From IMG/VR virus record IMGVR_UViG_3300045988_106261, positions 1 to 37,665 of that record: DNA of 37,665 nt; one strand, given 5' to 3'. Position numbers and translations under genes: made by a program. The notes under the pieces are model-generated. The model saw only the letters and a list, made by a program, of their open reading frames with translations, made no database searches and was not told where the DNA came from. Position 1 is the first letter of the stretch. Every line of letters begins with the position of its first letter. Origin of the DNA: a virus. Below are positions 23,641-32,118 of the stretch, piece after piece.

Positions 23641-24015
23641 ATGCTCTACTGCACCTATGACCAGTATGCGGCGGCGGGCGGCACGGTGCCGGAAACGGCG
23701 TTCGGCGTGCTGTGCAGCCGGGCTTCCCGCATGATCGATGCCGCCACCTTTGGCCGGGCCGAGAGCCACGCCGCCGGGTGCGAACCCTGCCGCGAAGCAT
23801 TGGCGGACGCCTGCGCCCGGATCGTCAGCCTGTTGGCCGCTTCATCTGCGGCGGGTGCTGTGCCGGGTGCTGCCAGCGTCTCCAACGACGGCTACAGCGT
23901 CACCTTTGGCAGCAATGCCAGTGTGACCGCCGCCGCCCGGCAGGAAGCCTATGAGATCATCCGCACCGCCCTCGGTGCTGACCCGCACGGCTTGCTGTAC
24001 AGGGGGATTTTGTGA
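23641..24015 (+). CDS. Head-tail connector (gp6-like) protein
   Basis: 124 aa, RBS GAGGAGG. The position and the N-terminus (CTYDQYAAAGG...SRMIDAATFGR) resemble gp6-like connector/DNA-packaging proteins. Confidence 0.65.
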   Translation: MLYCTYDQYAAAGGTVPETAFGVLCSRASRMIDAATFGRAESHAAGCEPCREALADACARIVSLLAASSAAGAVPGAASVSNDGYSVTFGSNASVTAAARQEAYEIIRTALGADPHGLLYRGIL

Positions 24016-24416
24016 TGCAGACAGCCGTTACTGTGGTAAACCTCATCCACGACACCACCACCGAGACGGACAGGCCGGTGTGCTGGGTGTTCCCCGGGTG
24101 CAGCTGGCGGGAATGCCGCTCCACCTCCGGCTCCGGCACCGCCAAGGACCCGGAGCGCACCACCCACATCCGCATCCCGGCCAGCGTGTGCACCATGGGC
24201 TATCTGCCCTACGCCCAGTGGGTGGCGCTGTCTGCGGCGGAAAAGGCCAAGCACTGGACCCTGAAACGCGGCTGGAAGCTGATGCAGGGTGCAGTGCCTG
24301 CCTTGACCGAAGCCGAGTACGCCAAACTCGAAAAAACGCACCTGTGCTGCACAGCGGCGGCTGTCTCGGACGACCGGGAGCCGCTGCTGCCCCACTGGCA
24401 CGTGGAAGGGAGCTGA
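24012..24416 (+). CDS. Head-closure/head-tail adaptor candidate (hypothetical structural protein)
   Basis: 134 aa. It overlaps the previous stop (GTGATG). The call is by position only. Confidence 0.55.
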   Translation: MMQTAVTVVNLIHDTTTETDRPVCWVFPGCSWRECRSTSGSGTAKDPERTTHIRIPASVCTMGYLPYAQWVALSAAEKAKHWTLKRGWKLMQGAVPALTEAEYAKLEKTHLCCTAAAVSDDREPLLPHWHVEGS

Positions 24417-24420
24417 GACT

Positions 24421-24840
24421 GTGAGCAAGCCCATTTTTGAGCAGCCTGCCGGATATCACTTCCGGGCAGACGGTGTGCAGATGTCTCTGGTCTGGCGGAC
24501 AAATTTCGGCGCAGAGAAAACCGCTGCTTTGCAGAAAGCACAGTTCGCCACCGCGCAGAAGGCCGCCGCTCTCATCGACCCGTACGTGCCCTTCGATACC
24601 GGCATATTGAAAAACAGAGTGAATCAAGCCAGCAAGTTTGACGAAGGCTTGCTGGTCTATGACACGCCTTATGCACGCAAGCAGTTCTATCTTCACCCTG
24701 AAGGCGAATGCCTGCACGGTGAAAATGGCCTGCGCGGCTCTTACTGGGGTCAGCGTGCTCTGGCCGATTACGGTGAAGCCATTGCCTACATTGCCACACA
24801 GGCCGTCACCACATTCTGGGGAGGGATGGGTCACTTATGA
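24421..24840 (+). CDS. HK97 gp10-like tail-completion / neck protein
   Basis: GTG start after GGGAG. LIDPYVPFDTGILKN matches the gp10-family VP.DTG.L motif. Confidence 0.65.
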   Translation: MSKPIFEQPAGYHFRADGVQMSLVWRTNFGAEKTAALQKAQFATAQKAAALIDPYVPFDTGILKNRVNQASKFDEGLLVYDTPYARKQFYLHPEGECLHGENGLRGSYWGQRALADYGEAIAYIATQAVTTFWGGMGHL

Positions 24841-25295
24841 GCGAGACTGTCAAGCCCACCATTGCCGCCCTGCGGGCATGGCTCAAGACCTGCCCGATGA
24901 TCGCCGACGAGCAGGAAGCCACCGGTGCAGCCTTCCGCATTGCTGGGCTGGAAGAAGAATCCACCGCCTTTTCCATCGAGGACAGCCCCGGTGACCCCAT
25001 CATCACCGAGTACATCTCCGGCTGGGAAATGGCGAAGAATTATCTCTTTCTCAGCCGCCGGGAGTACAGCGAGGTGGATGCCGTCAGCATCCAGAACAGC
25101 GGCTTTTTCGAGCAGCTCACCGAGTGGGTCATGCGGCAGGACGCCCGGCACAACCTGCCCGACCTCTCGGCCTGCGGCGGGGGCAAGACCCCTACCGGCA
25201 TTGCCGTGACAAACAGCGGCTACATCGTCACAAACAGCGCGGGCAGCTGTAAGATGCAGCTGCAAATGCGCCTGACCTACTACATGCCCAAATGA
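24837..25295 (+). CDS. Tail terminator/completion candidate (hypothetical structural protein)
   Basis: 152 aa, ATGA overlap, directly upstream of the major tail protein. The call is by position only. Confidence 0.55.
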   Translation: MSETVKPTIAALRAWLKTCPMIADEQEATGAAFRIAGLEEESTAFSIEDSPGDPIITEYISGWEMAKNYLFLSRREYSEVDAVSIQNSGFFEQLTEWVMRQDARHNLPDLSACGGGKTPTGIAVTNSGYIVTNSAGSCKMQLQMRLTYYMPK

Positions 25296-25308
25296 AAGGA
25301 GCTTTGAT

Positions 25309-25845
25309 ATGACCGTATCTGAAGCCATTACCAAGTCCGGCATCACGCCCAGCGCGTCGTATACCGGCATTGAGACGGCGAACGACTTCATTCTCGCCTT
25401 CCAGATCGAGAGCACCCAGACCAAGGAAAGCCAGTGGATCGTCTGCGCCGACCATGTGAAGGAGCATTCCGGCTCCCTGAACGCCACCACCGAGGATGCT
25501 CAGTACATCCGTACCGGCAACGTCACCGAAAAGACCGGCACCCAGCGCACCCTTGCCGTCAACGGTGACCGCTGCGTGGGCGATGCTTTTCAGGATTTTG
25601 TGCTGAGCCACAAGATCGTGTACGGCACCGGCAGCGATGTCATTGTGCCCTATATCTATTTCAGCCTGCGCACCGGCAAGGGCGAGAAAGGCAGTGCTAC
25701 CATCATCGTCACCAGCGACGCGGGCGGTGCAGCCGGTTCCAAGGCCACCTTTGCCTGCGACGTGAAAGCCATCGGCAAGCCGGACGAGTTTGACTACAAC
25801 CCCGCCACCCAGTCCGCTGAGCCTGCCAAGGCCGTCAAGGGCTGA
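25309..25845 (+). CDS. Major tail protein
   Basis: 178 aa, RBS AAAGGAG. It lies upstream of the chaperone and tape-measure genes and is followed by a hairpin with a T-run, as expected for a highly expressed tail tube gene. Confidence 0.8.
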   Translation: MTVSEAITKSGITPSASYTGIETANDFILAFQIESTQTKESQWIVCADHVKEHSGSLNATTEDAQYIRTGNVTEKTGTQRTLAVNGDRCVGDAFQDFVLSHKIVYGTGSDVIVPYIYFSLRTGKGEKGSATIIVTSDAGGAAGSKATFACDVKAIGKPDEFDYNPATQSAEPAKAVKG

Positions 25846-25861
25846 TTTTTTTCAAACACAG

Positions 25862-25893
25862 TCCCCGCTCCACACCGGAACGGGGATCTTTTA
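25862..25893 (+). terminator. Hairpin/partial terminator after the major tail gene
   Basis: TCCCCG (25862-25867) pairs with CGGGGA (25881-25886) across a 13-nt loop, followed by TCTTTTA. Confidence 0.45.
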
Positions 25894-25955
25894 TGCCGTG
25901 ATTAGTTTTCTCCGGGGCAGAACCGGGGCACGGCTCAACTGAAAGGAGCCAGAAC

Positions 25956-26519
25956 ATGGTTATTTGTGGACAGGAATTTGAATTTTCCCTGATGAACGCC
26001 AACGACCTTGACCGCTTTGAGGACGCCAACGAGCAAATGCAGCGCCGGAGCGCCGAGGAGTCGGAGCAGTTCCGGCGCGGCGGCGTCCGTCTGGGCGACC
26101 ATGCACGTGCACAGGCACGCATTGCCATGGACTGCATCGACGAGATCCTCGGTGCAGGCGCGTCCGACCGTCTGGGGCTTAACGAAAACTACATGGCCCC
26201 CATCTATGACGTGATCGAGGAACTGGGCAATGCCTTTGCCGCCGAGAAGCAGCGCTATGCCGCAAAGCCTGCCCAGCCCATGAACCGGGAGCAGCGCCGG
26301 GCACAGGCCAAAAAGAACAGGCACAAGCCGCCCGTGAGCTATCCCGCACCGCCTGCCGCCCGGATGGTGGAGCGGGTGGATGCGCAGGTATCCGCAAAGC
26401 AGAAAACCGAGCAGCTGATCGATGCCCGGCAGGCTGTGAATGCCCTGCGGGACGACCCCGATGCCATGCAGCAGCTGGCAGAGTACGCTCTGCAGCTGGC
26501 ATCCGAGCGCCATGTCTGA
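25956..26519 (+). CDS. Tail assembly chaperone
   Basis: 187 aa, acidic N-half. It occupies the position between the major tail protein and the tape measure. RBS is GAAAGGAG. Confidence 0.65.
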   Translation: MVICGQEFEFSLMNANDLDRFEDANEQMQRRSAEESEQFRRGGVRLGDHARAQARIAMDCIDEILGAGASDRLGLNENYMAPIYDVIEELGNAFAAEKQRYAAKPAQPMNREQRRAQAKKNRHKPPVSYPAPPAARMVERVDAQVSAKQKTEQLIDARQAVNALRDDPDAMQQLAEYALQLASERHV

Positions 26520-27123
26520 CCTGCTGCTGGACGAGTTGCCCACCCGGTGGCACGGACACGAGATCGTCCCGGATTTCCGGCCCATGGTCTGGCTGGTCAA
26601 CACCTATGTGCGCGGCCAGACAGGAGATGATCCCATCGGTTTTGCGGTCAGCGCCCTCTGGCGCTTTTACAAAGACCCACACCGTTTTCTGAACGACCCT
26701 CAGAAGATCATCGACGCCTACGGGTACATGATCGAGTTTTATAAGGCGGGCGAAAAAGCAGCCGAGAGCGCCGCAGCTGAAAGCAGTACCGCACCCTCCT
26801 CCGGTCTTGCCTTCGACTACCAGTGTGATGCCGGTTACATCGTGGCGGCGTTCCAGCAGGCCTACGGCATCGACCTGACCCGGGAGCGGGTGCACTGGTT
26901 CCGCTTCCGGGCGCTGTTCGCGGCCCTGCCGGAAGATACCCTCATGGCAAAGATCATGAGCTGGCGCACCATGGACCTGTCCGAGTACGAGGGCAGTATG
27001 CGTGCCCACTATGCCGACCTGCAGGAGCGCTTTGCCCTGCCTGCTGAGCTGAGAGGGGGTGCCGCCCGTGTCGTTTCGGTCGAAGAGCACGATGCCGCGT
27101 TCCTTGCGCGGTTCCGGCACTAG
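26512..27123 (+). CDS. Phage Gp15-like tail assembly protein
   Basis: ATG 26512 overlaps the upstream stop (ATGTCTGA). LLLDELPTRWHGHEIVPDFRPMVWL...WRFY fits my recollection of the Phage_Gp15 family found before tape-measure genes. Confidence 0.65.
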   Translation: MSDLLLDELPTRWHGHEIVPDFRPMVWLVNTYVRGQTGDDPIGFAVSALWRFYKDPHRFLNDPQKIIDAYGYMIEFYKAGEKAAESAAAESSTAPSSGLAFDYQCDAGYIVAAFQQAYGIDLTRERVHWFRFRALFAALPEDTLMAKIMSWRTMDLSEYEGSMRAHYADLQERFALPAELRGGAARVVSVEEHDAAFLARFRH

Positions 27124-27256
27124 CCGCGCCCCGGTGCCCTGCCCCTACTGCGGCCGGGCGCTGCCGGTGTGGGCAGAGCCGCACGCCACAGCTGCCGGCG
27201 TGTGGGTCAAATGCAAAAATCCCGCCTGTAAGCGGGAAATCGAGATAAAACTTTAA
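27092..27256 (+). CDS. Small Com-like zinc-ribbon protein
   Basis: CPYCG...20 aa...CKNPAC, then REIEIKL at the C-terminus. The start is uncertain: ATG 27092 overlaps the Gp15-like gene by 32 nt, the RBS is weak, and GTG 27134 is an alternative. Confidence 0.45.
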   Translation: MPRSLRGSGTSRAPVPCPYCGRALPVWAEPHATAAGVWVKCKNPACKREIEIKL

Positions 27257-27299
27257 GCCTGTGCCCTTGTGCCCGCGCTCCGAATGAGAGGTGGACACA

Positions 27300-30230
27300 G
27301 TGGCAGATTTCAGCATCACCGGCGAAGTAAGGCTGAACAGCGACCCGGCAGAAAAAAGCACCAGCAAGTGGACGGTAGCCGCCGGGCAGATGATCGCGGA
27401 CTTTGCAAAGCAGGCTTCGTCCAAGCTGGCCGAGGTGGTCAAGAGCGGCGTAGACTACAACGCCACCATGGAAAGCTACCTGACCAACTTCAAGGTCATG
27501 CTGGGCAGCGAGGAGGCCGCCGCCACAAAGCTTTCCGAGATCCGCAAAATGGCGGCGTCCACGCCTTTCTCGCTGGACGACCTGACCAGCGGCACCCAGA
27601 CCCTGCTGCAGTTCGGCATTGCGGCAGACGACACCACCGGCGTGCTGCAGCGGCTGGGCGATATCTCGCTGGGCAACGCCGAAAAGCTGCAGACCCTGAC
27701 CCGCGCCTACGGCAAGATGTCCAGCGCCCAGAAGGTCACGCTGGAAAACGTCAACATGATGATCGATGCGGGATTCAACCCGCTGAACCAGATCTGCGAC
27801 GCCACCGGCGAGAGCATGTCCGACCTGTACAAGCGCATTTCGGATGGCAAGGTCAGCTTCAGCGAGCTGGAAGCAGCTGTGGAAGCCGCCACCAGTCAGG
27901 GCGGGCAGTTCTACAACGGTATGCTGGAAGCCAGCCAGACCTTCAGCGGGCGCATGTCCACCCTGAAGGATAATGTCAGCGCCCTGACCGGTGAGCTGAC
28001 CAGCGGCCTGTTTGCGGCTCTGGGTGATTTGGTTGTCAAGCTGAACGAGGTGGTGGTCTCCTTCCTCGACAGCGACGAGAAGATGGCCCAGCTCAAGGAG
28101 ACCATCGGCATTGCCACTGCTGTTGTGGCTGCTGCCGGAACAGCATTCCTGACCTACAAGGGCTATGTGGCTGCCGCTACTGCAATTGAAGTAATCCACA
28201 CAGCCGCGACCACGGCCATGACCGCCGCCCACAAAGCCGCCGAAGCGGGCGCGACCGGTCTTGCAGTCGCGCAGGCAGGTTTGAACGCGGTTCTCAAGGC
28301 GAACCCTATCGGTCTTGTAGTGGCGGCTCTGGCGGCTCTGGCGGCGGGTCTCGTGACGGCCTATAAGACCAGCGAAACCTTCCGCAATGCAGTCAACTCG
28401 GCATTTTCGGCGGTCAAGAACATCGCCCAGAGCGCCATCGGCACGGTGGTGGACTGGATCAATGATCTGGTCGCAAAAATCGAAGGCGCAGCGGCAGCGC
28501 TGGCCAACCTGAAGAACGGCATCGGCGCTGCAGCAGATGCTTATAACTCCGCCTACAACAACGCCATCAACAACTACAACCAGCGCAAGAACGCGAAACA
28601 GTGGGACAGCTCCCACAAAGACCTCGAATGGGACGATGACAACGGATGGGTCCCGAAGGGCACAAGCAGCTCCGGCAACGGCAGCAGCCGTGCCGGGAGC
28701 CAGACAGCCGCGAACCCCTACCCTGCCATCACCAGCGGAGCCAAGAAGGCCAGCAAGGCCACGAAGCAGGCCGCCGCAGAAGTCGTCAAGTCCATCTCGG
28801 ACACCACGACCGAAATCGACGGCAAGATCACCCGCACCACCGAAAACATCACCGAAACGCTCTCCAACGGCAAGACCCAGCAAAAGCAGGTCATCACCGA
28901 GACTTCCCGGCAGATGGTAGATGGTGTGCTGAAGGACGTTAAGACCATCACAGAGGTGGCTGCGGACGGCACCAAGACCGTCAAGCAGACCATGGAGACG
29001 GTGCGGGAGACCGCCAAAACTGTCACTTCCACCTTCGAGACACTGGCAGACGGGGTCAAGACCACCACCCAGACCGTCACCGAGACCCTGACCGACGGCA
29101 CCGAGCAGCAGAAGCAGGTCATCACCGAGACCTACGACGACGTGGTGGACGGTGCCCTCGTGACCATCGAGCGGGTCAAGACCCTCGCCGCAGACGGCAC
29201 CGTGCAGGTGGCCGAGCAGATCAAAAAATCCAGCGCAGACACCTTTGACGGCCTGTGGAAGGAGCTGCAGGACAGCGCCAACACCGGCGTGCTGGGCACC
29301 TTCGATGACCTGTACACCGCCATCAAGAATCAGGACTGGCTCTCCGTCGGCAAGTGGGTGGCAAGCACCATCTACGGCGGCCTGACTGCCGACCAGAAGC
29401 AGCAGGTGCAGTCCTTCGCCCTCGGCATCGTGGATAAGCTCAACAAAGCGCTGGGCGGTGCCCGCGACCAGCTGGTGCAGGGAGCCATCGACCTCGGCAC
29501 CCAGATCGTGAACGGCCTGACCGGCGGCTTCTCTGAGGTCTGGCAGCAGGCGCAGGGCCTCGGCTCCACCCTCGTGTCGGTCTTTCAGGGCATGCAGGAG
29601 CCGCTGAGCGCGGCGGCTCTCGCCATCAGTCAGGGCCTGAGCGGCGGCTTTCTCTCCTGCATGCCCGAGATCCTCGCGGGCGCGGGCAGCGTGATCGTGG
29701 CCATCGGCTCGGCCTTTACCGGGATGCTGGAAGCCATCGGCGCGACGCTGACCGGCTTCGGCATCCCCACCGGACCCGCTATGATTATTGCGGGCGTGGC
29801 GCTGGTGGCCGCGATTGCAGGCATTGTCGCTGCCCTCGGCGTGTCTTTCAGCAAGAAAGGCTCGTCCGGGCGCGGCGGCTCGTCCGGTGGGTCCTCCGGC
29901 TCCGGCAGCATGGGCAGCGTGGACATCACCACCGGCACCGGCGGCCTTGAGGACGCCATCAACGCCAACACCAAGGCGCTGGAAAAGACAAACTCTGCCC
30001 TTGCCGACATGATCCGGCAGGCGGGAGCGCTGGTGCTTTCCGACAACATGCGCCTCGGCTCCACCGTGGCCGCTTCCGGCACCGCACAGGTGGTGTCCGC
30101 CGCCCGCAGCTACCGCCGGGAGGGCGACACCAAGATCATCCAGAACTTCTACAACGGCCACGACACCGCCGCCGCGCAACAGCGGGAAGCCCGCTGGGAA
30201 GCCGACAAGGCCAAGGCCCGCAAACGATGA
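27300..30230 (+). CDS. Tail tape measure protein (TP901-type core)
   Basis: The likely start is GTG 27300, 5 nt after GAGAGGTGG; the track start is GTG 27291. The N-terminal region TPFSLDDLTSGTQTLLQFGI...LGNAEKLQTLTRAYGKMSSAQKVTLENVNMMIDAGFNPL is the conserved TMP core. Central hydrophobic Ala/Gly segments and an internal 76-aa duplication are present. Confidence 0.92.
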   Translation: MADFSITGEVRLNSDPAEKSTSKWTVAAGQMIADFAKQASSKLAEVVKSGVDYNATMESYLTNFKVMLGSEEAAATKLSEIRKMAASTPFSLDDLTSGTQTLLQFGIAADDTTGVLQRLGDISLGNAEKLQTLTRAYGKMSSAQKVTLENVNMMIDAGFNPLNQICDATGESMSDLYKRISDGKVSFSELEAAVEAATSQGGQFYNGMLEASQTFSGRMSTLKDNVSALTGELTSGLFAALGDLVVKLNEVVVSFLDSDEKMAQLKETIGIATAVVAAAGTAFLTYKGYVAAATAIEVIHTAATTAMTAAHKAAEAGATGLAVAQAGLNAVLKANPIGLVVAALAALAAGLVTAYKTSETFRNAVNSAFSAVKNIAQSAIGTVVDWINDLVAKIEGAAAALANLKNGIGAAADAYNSAYNNAINNYNQRKNAKQWDSSHKDLEWDDDNGWVPKGTSSSGNGSSRAGSQTAANPYPAITSGAKKASKATKQAAAEVVKSISDTTTEIDGKITRTTENITETLSNGKTQQKQVITETSRQMVDGVLKDVKTITEVAADGTKTVKQTMETVRETAKTVTSTFETLADGVKTTTQTVTETLTDGTEQQKQVITETYDDVVDGALVTIERVKTLAADGTVQVAEQIKKSSADTFDGLWKELQDSANTGVLGTFDDLYTAIKNQDWLSVGKWVASTIYGGLTADQKQQVQSFALGIVDKLNKALGGARDQLVQGAIDLGTQIVNGLTGGFSEVWQQAQGLGSTLVSVFQGMQEPLSAAALAISQGLSGGFLSCMPEILAGAGSVIVAIGSAFTGMLEAIGATLTGFGIPTGPAMIIAGVALVAAIAGIVAALGVSFSKKGSSGRGGSSGGSSGSGSMGSVDITTGTGGLEDAINANTKALEKTNSALADMIRQAGALVLSDNMRLGSTVAASGTAQVVSAARSYRREGDTKIIQNFYNGHDTAAAQQREARWEADKAKARKR

Positions 30231-30242
30231 AAGGAGGACACT

Positions 30243-31106
30243 GTGCTTTTTAAGGATCATCTCAAGATCGTGACAGATGCCGGTGCCGTCCTGCATCTGG
30301 GCTGGGACTACGACGCCCCCTACTTTCTCGACCCGCTCAACGGCATCGACGTGGAACTGAAAACCGCGCAGGGCATCAATCAGATCGGGGCAACCGTGGA
30401 GGGGCAGAGCGTCTCCGGCGTGTCCCGCACCCTCGATGTGGTGTTCTGGGGCGCGTATGCGCTGGACAACGCCCGGGCGTTCAGCAAAAAGCTGCCCTAC
30501 TTCACCAAGGGCACCCTGTACTTTGGCGACCACTATTTCACCCGGTTCGTGCTGCAAAAACTGCCTTATTTTTCCAGCTACACGCCGCAGCCGCGCTGCT
30601 CGCTCATGCTCTACAGCGAAAAGCCCTTCTGGTACGACCTCAACGCCGTCAGCAGCGTGCTGGGCGGGTATGAGAAAGCGTTCCGTTTCCCCGTCTGCTA
30701 CAACAGCCACATCTACGGCATCAAGCGGGACGGTACGGCGGCGGTGCTGCGCAACGAGGGCAGCCTGCCGGTGCCCTTCACGGCCACCCTGCGGTGCGAC
30801 ATGCCGGTGACACACCCCAAGGTGGTGGACCTGCAGACCGGGGCCTTCATCGGCTTTGACCTGACCCTGCAGCCGGACGAGACGCTGGAGATCTACCGCA
30901 GCACCTCTGACCGGCTGGCCTGCACCCTGACCCGGGCAGGCGTAACCGAGAACATTTTTGCAAAGCTGGACGAGGACAGCACCCTCACCGAGCTGCAGCC
31001 CGGCGATAACGTGCTGAGTATGCAGGCCGAGAACGGCTCCGGCTACCTGCAGGCATCCGTGAGCTTTTACCCGATGGAGGCGGGCATCCTGCCCGAACCG
31101 CTATGA
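30243..31106 (+). CDS. Distal tail protein (Dit, siphovirus tail component)
   Basis: GTG 30243 lies 5 nt after AAAGGAGG. The ORF is 287 aa, immediately after the tape measure, with a typical phage-tail-family N-terminus. Confidence 0.75.
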   Translation: MLFKDHLKIVTDAGAVLHLGWDYDAPYFLDPLNGIDVELKTAQGINQIGATVEGQSVSGVSRTLDVVFWGAYALDNARAFSKKLPYFTKGTLYFGDHYFTRFVLQKLPYFSSYTPQPRCSLMLYSEKPFWYDLNAVSSVLGGYEKAFRFPVCYNSHIYGIKRDGTAAVLRNEGSLPVPFTATLRCDMPVTHPKVVDLQTGAFIGFDLTLQPDETLEIYRSTSDRLACTLTRAGVTENIFAKLDEDSTLTELQPGDNVLSMQAENGSGYLQASVSFYPMEAGILPEPL

Positions 31107-32110
31107 GAATAGACGTTTTGGACGCAGAGACCCTTGCCCGCGTGGGTTATGTAAAAGTATGGCACTCCCTTTACTGGGACAGTCCTTACTACTCCGAGGG
31201 AAGCTTCACGCTGGAGGTGCGGCCCACCGAAGAAAATCTGCGACTTCTGCGGGAAGGCCGGTGGCTGGTGCGCAGCGACGAGAACCCCCGCATCCCCATG
31301 CGCATCTGCTCCCGCGCCAACCAGAACGAGGACGCGAATTTGGTCGTGAGCGGCTACCCGGCAACGTGGCTGCTGACCAAGCGGGTGTCTGCGGTGAGCA
31401 TCAAGAACCAGAACGCGGAAGCCGCCATGCGCAGCCTTGTGAGCGCCGCTAAGCCGTGGCCCCGCCTTGAGCTGGGCACCGAGTACGGCTTTGACACGGT
31501 CTTTGCCAAGCAGACCTCCGGCGGCACGGTGTTCGACTACTGCCAGACCATCGGGCAGGCGTGCGACCTCGGCTTTCGGGTCATTCTGGACGGCAAGGGC
31601 AGCCGCAAGCGCCTGCTGTTCGAGTGCTTCCGGCCCAATTTCGACCCGGCCAGCCGCTACAGCCCCCAGTGGGGCAACCTGCGCAGCCCCGGGTGGAGCT
31701 TTGCCGACACCGACTACGCCAATGTCGCCCTTGTGCAGGGCGCAGGCGAGGGCGATAAGCGGGCCACCGTCTGGGTGGGGGATGTGAACGCCACCGGCTC
31801 CGACCGGCGGGAGATGTACATCGATGCCCGGGACGTGCAGCCGGAGGACGGTGAGACCAGCACCAGCCAGAGCTATCTGGAAAAGCTGGCTGACCGGGGC
31901 GGCGAAAAGCTGCTGAGCCAGCTGCGCACCGGGTCCATCGAGTTTGACGTGGACGACGACACCCTGCAGGTGGGCGATGTGCTGAGCGCCAGCCTGCCCC
32001 AGCTGGGCTACACCGCCATGGTGAGGGTAGCCGACATCATCACCCAGAGCGAGGACAGCGGCACCACCCGCACCATCCGGCTGGGCACGCCCACATGGCA
32101 CAAGACTTAG
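31103..32110 (+). CDS. Gp37-like (ReqiPepy6 Gp37 family) tail-tip/Tal-position protein
   Basis: 335 aa, ATGA overlap with Dit. The N-terminus IDVLDAETLARVGYVKVWHSLYWDSPYYSEGSFTLEV resembles Sipho_Gp37 family proteins. Confidence 0.65.
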   Translation: MRIDVLDAETLARVGYVKVWHSLYWDSPYYSEGSFTLEVRPTEENLRLLREGRWLVRSDENPRIPMRICSRANQNEDANLVVSGYPATWLLTKRVSAVSIKNQNAEAAMRSLVSAAKPWPRLELGTEYGFDTVFAKQTSGGTVFDYCQTIGQACDLGFRVILDGKGSRKRLLFECFRPNFDPASRYSPQWGNLRSPGWSFADTDYANVALVQGAGEGDKRATVWVGDVNATGSDRREMYIDARDVQPEDGETSTSQSYLEKLADRGGEKLLSQLRTGSIEFDVDDDTLQVGDVLSASLPQLGYTAMVRVADIITQSEDSGTTRTIRLGTPTWHKT

Positions 32111-32118
32111 GAGGACTT

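Noticed and set aside
26440-26519. Programmed -1 frameshift (gpG/gpGT type) between the tail chaperone ORF and the downstream overlapping ORF.
   Set aside because: - The downstream frame is +1, not -1, relative to the chaperone.
- No slippery heptamer (XXXYYYZ) is visible in the overlap.
- The downstream Gp15-like ORF has its own ATG in an ATGTCTGA coupling overlap.
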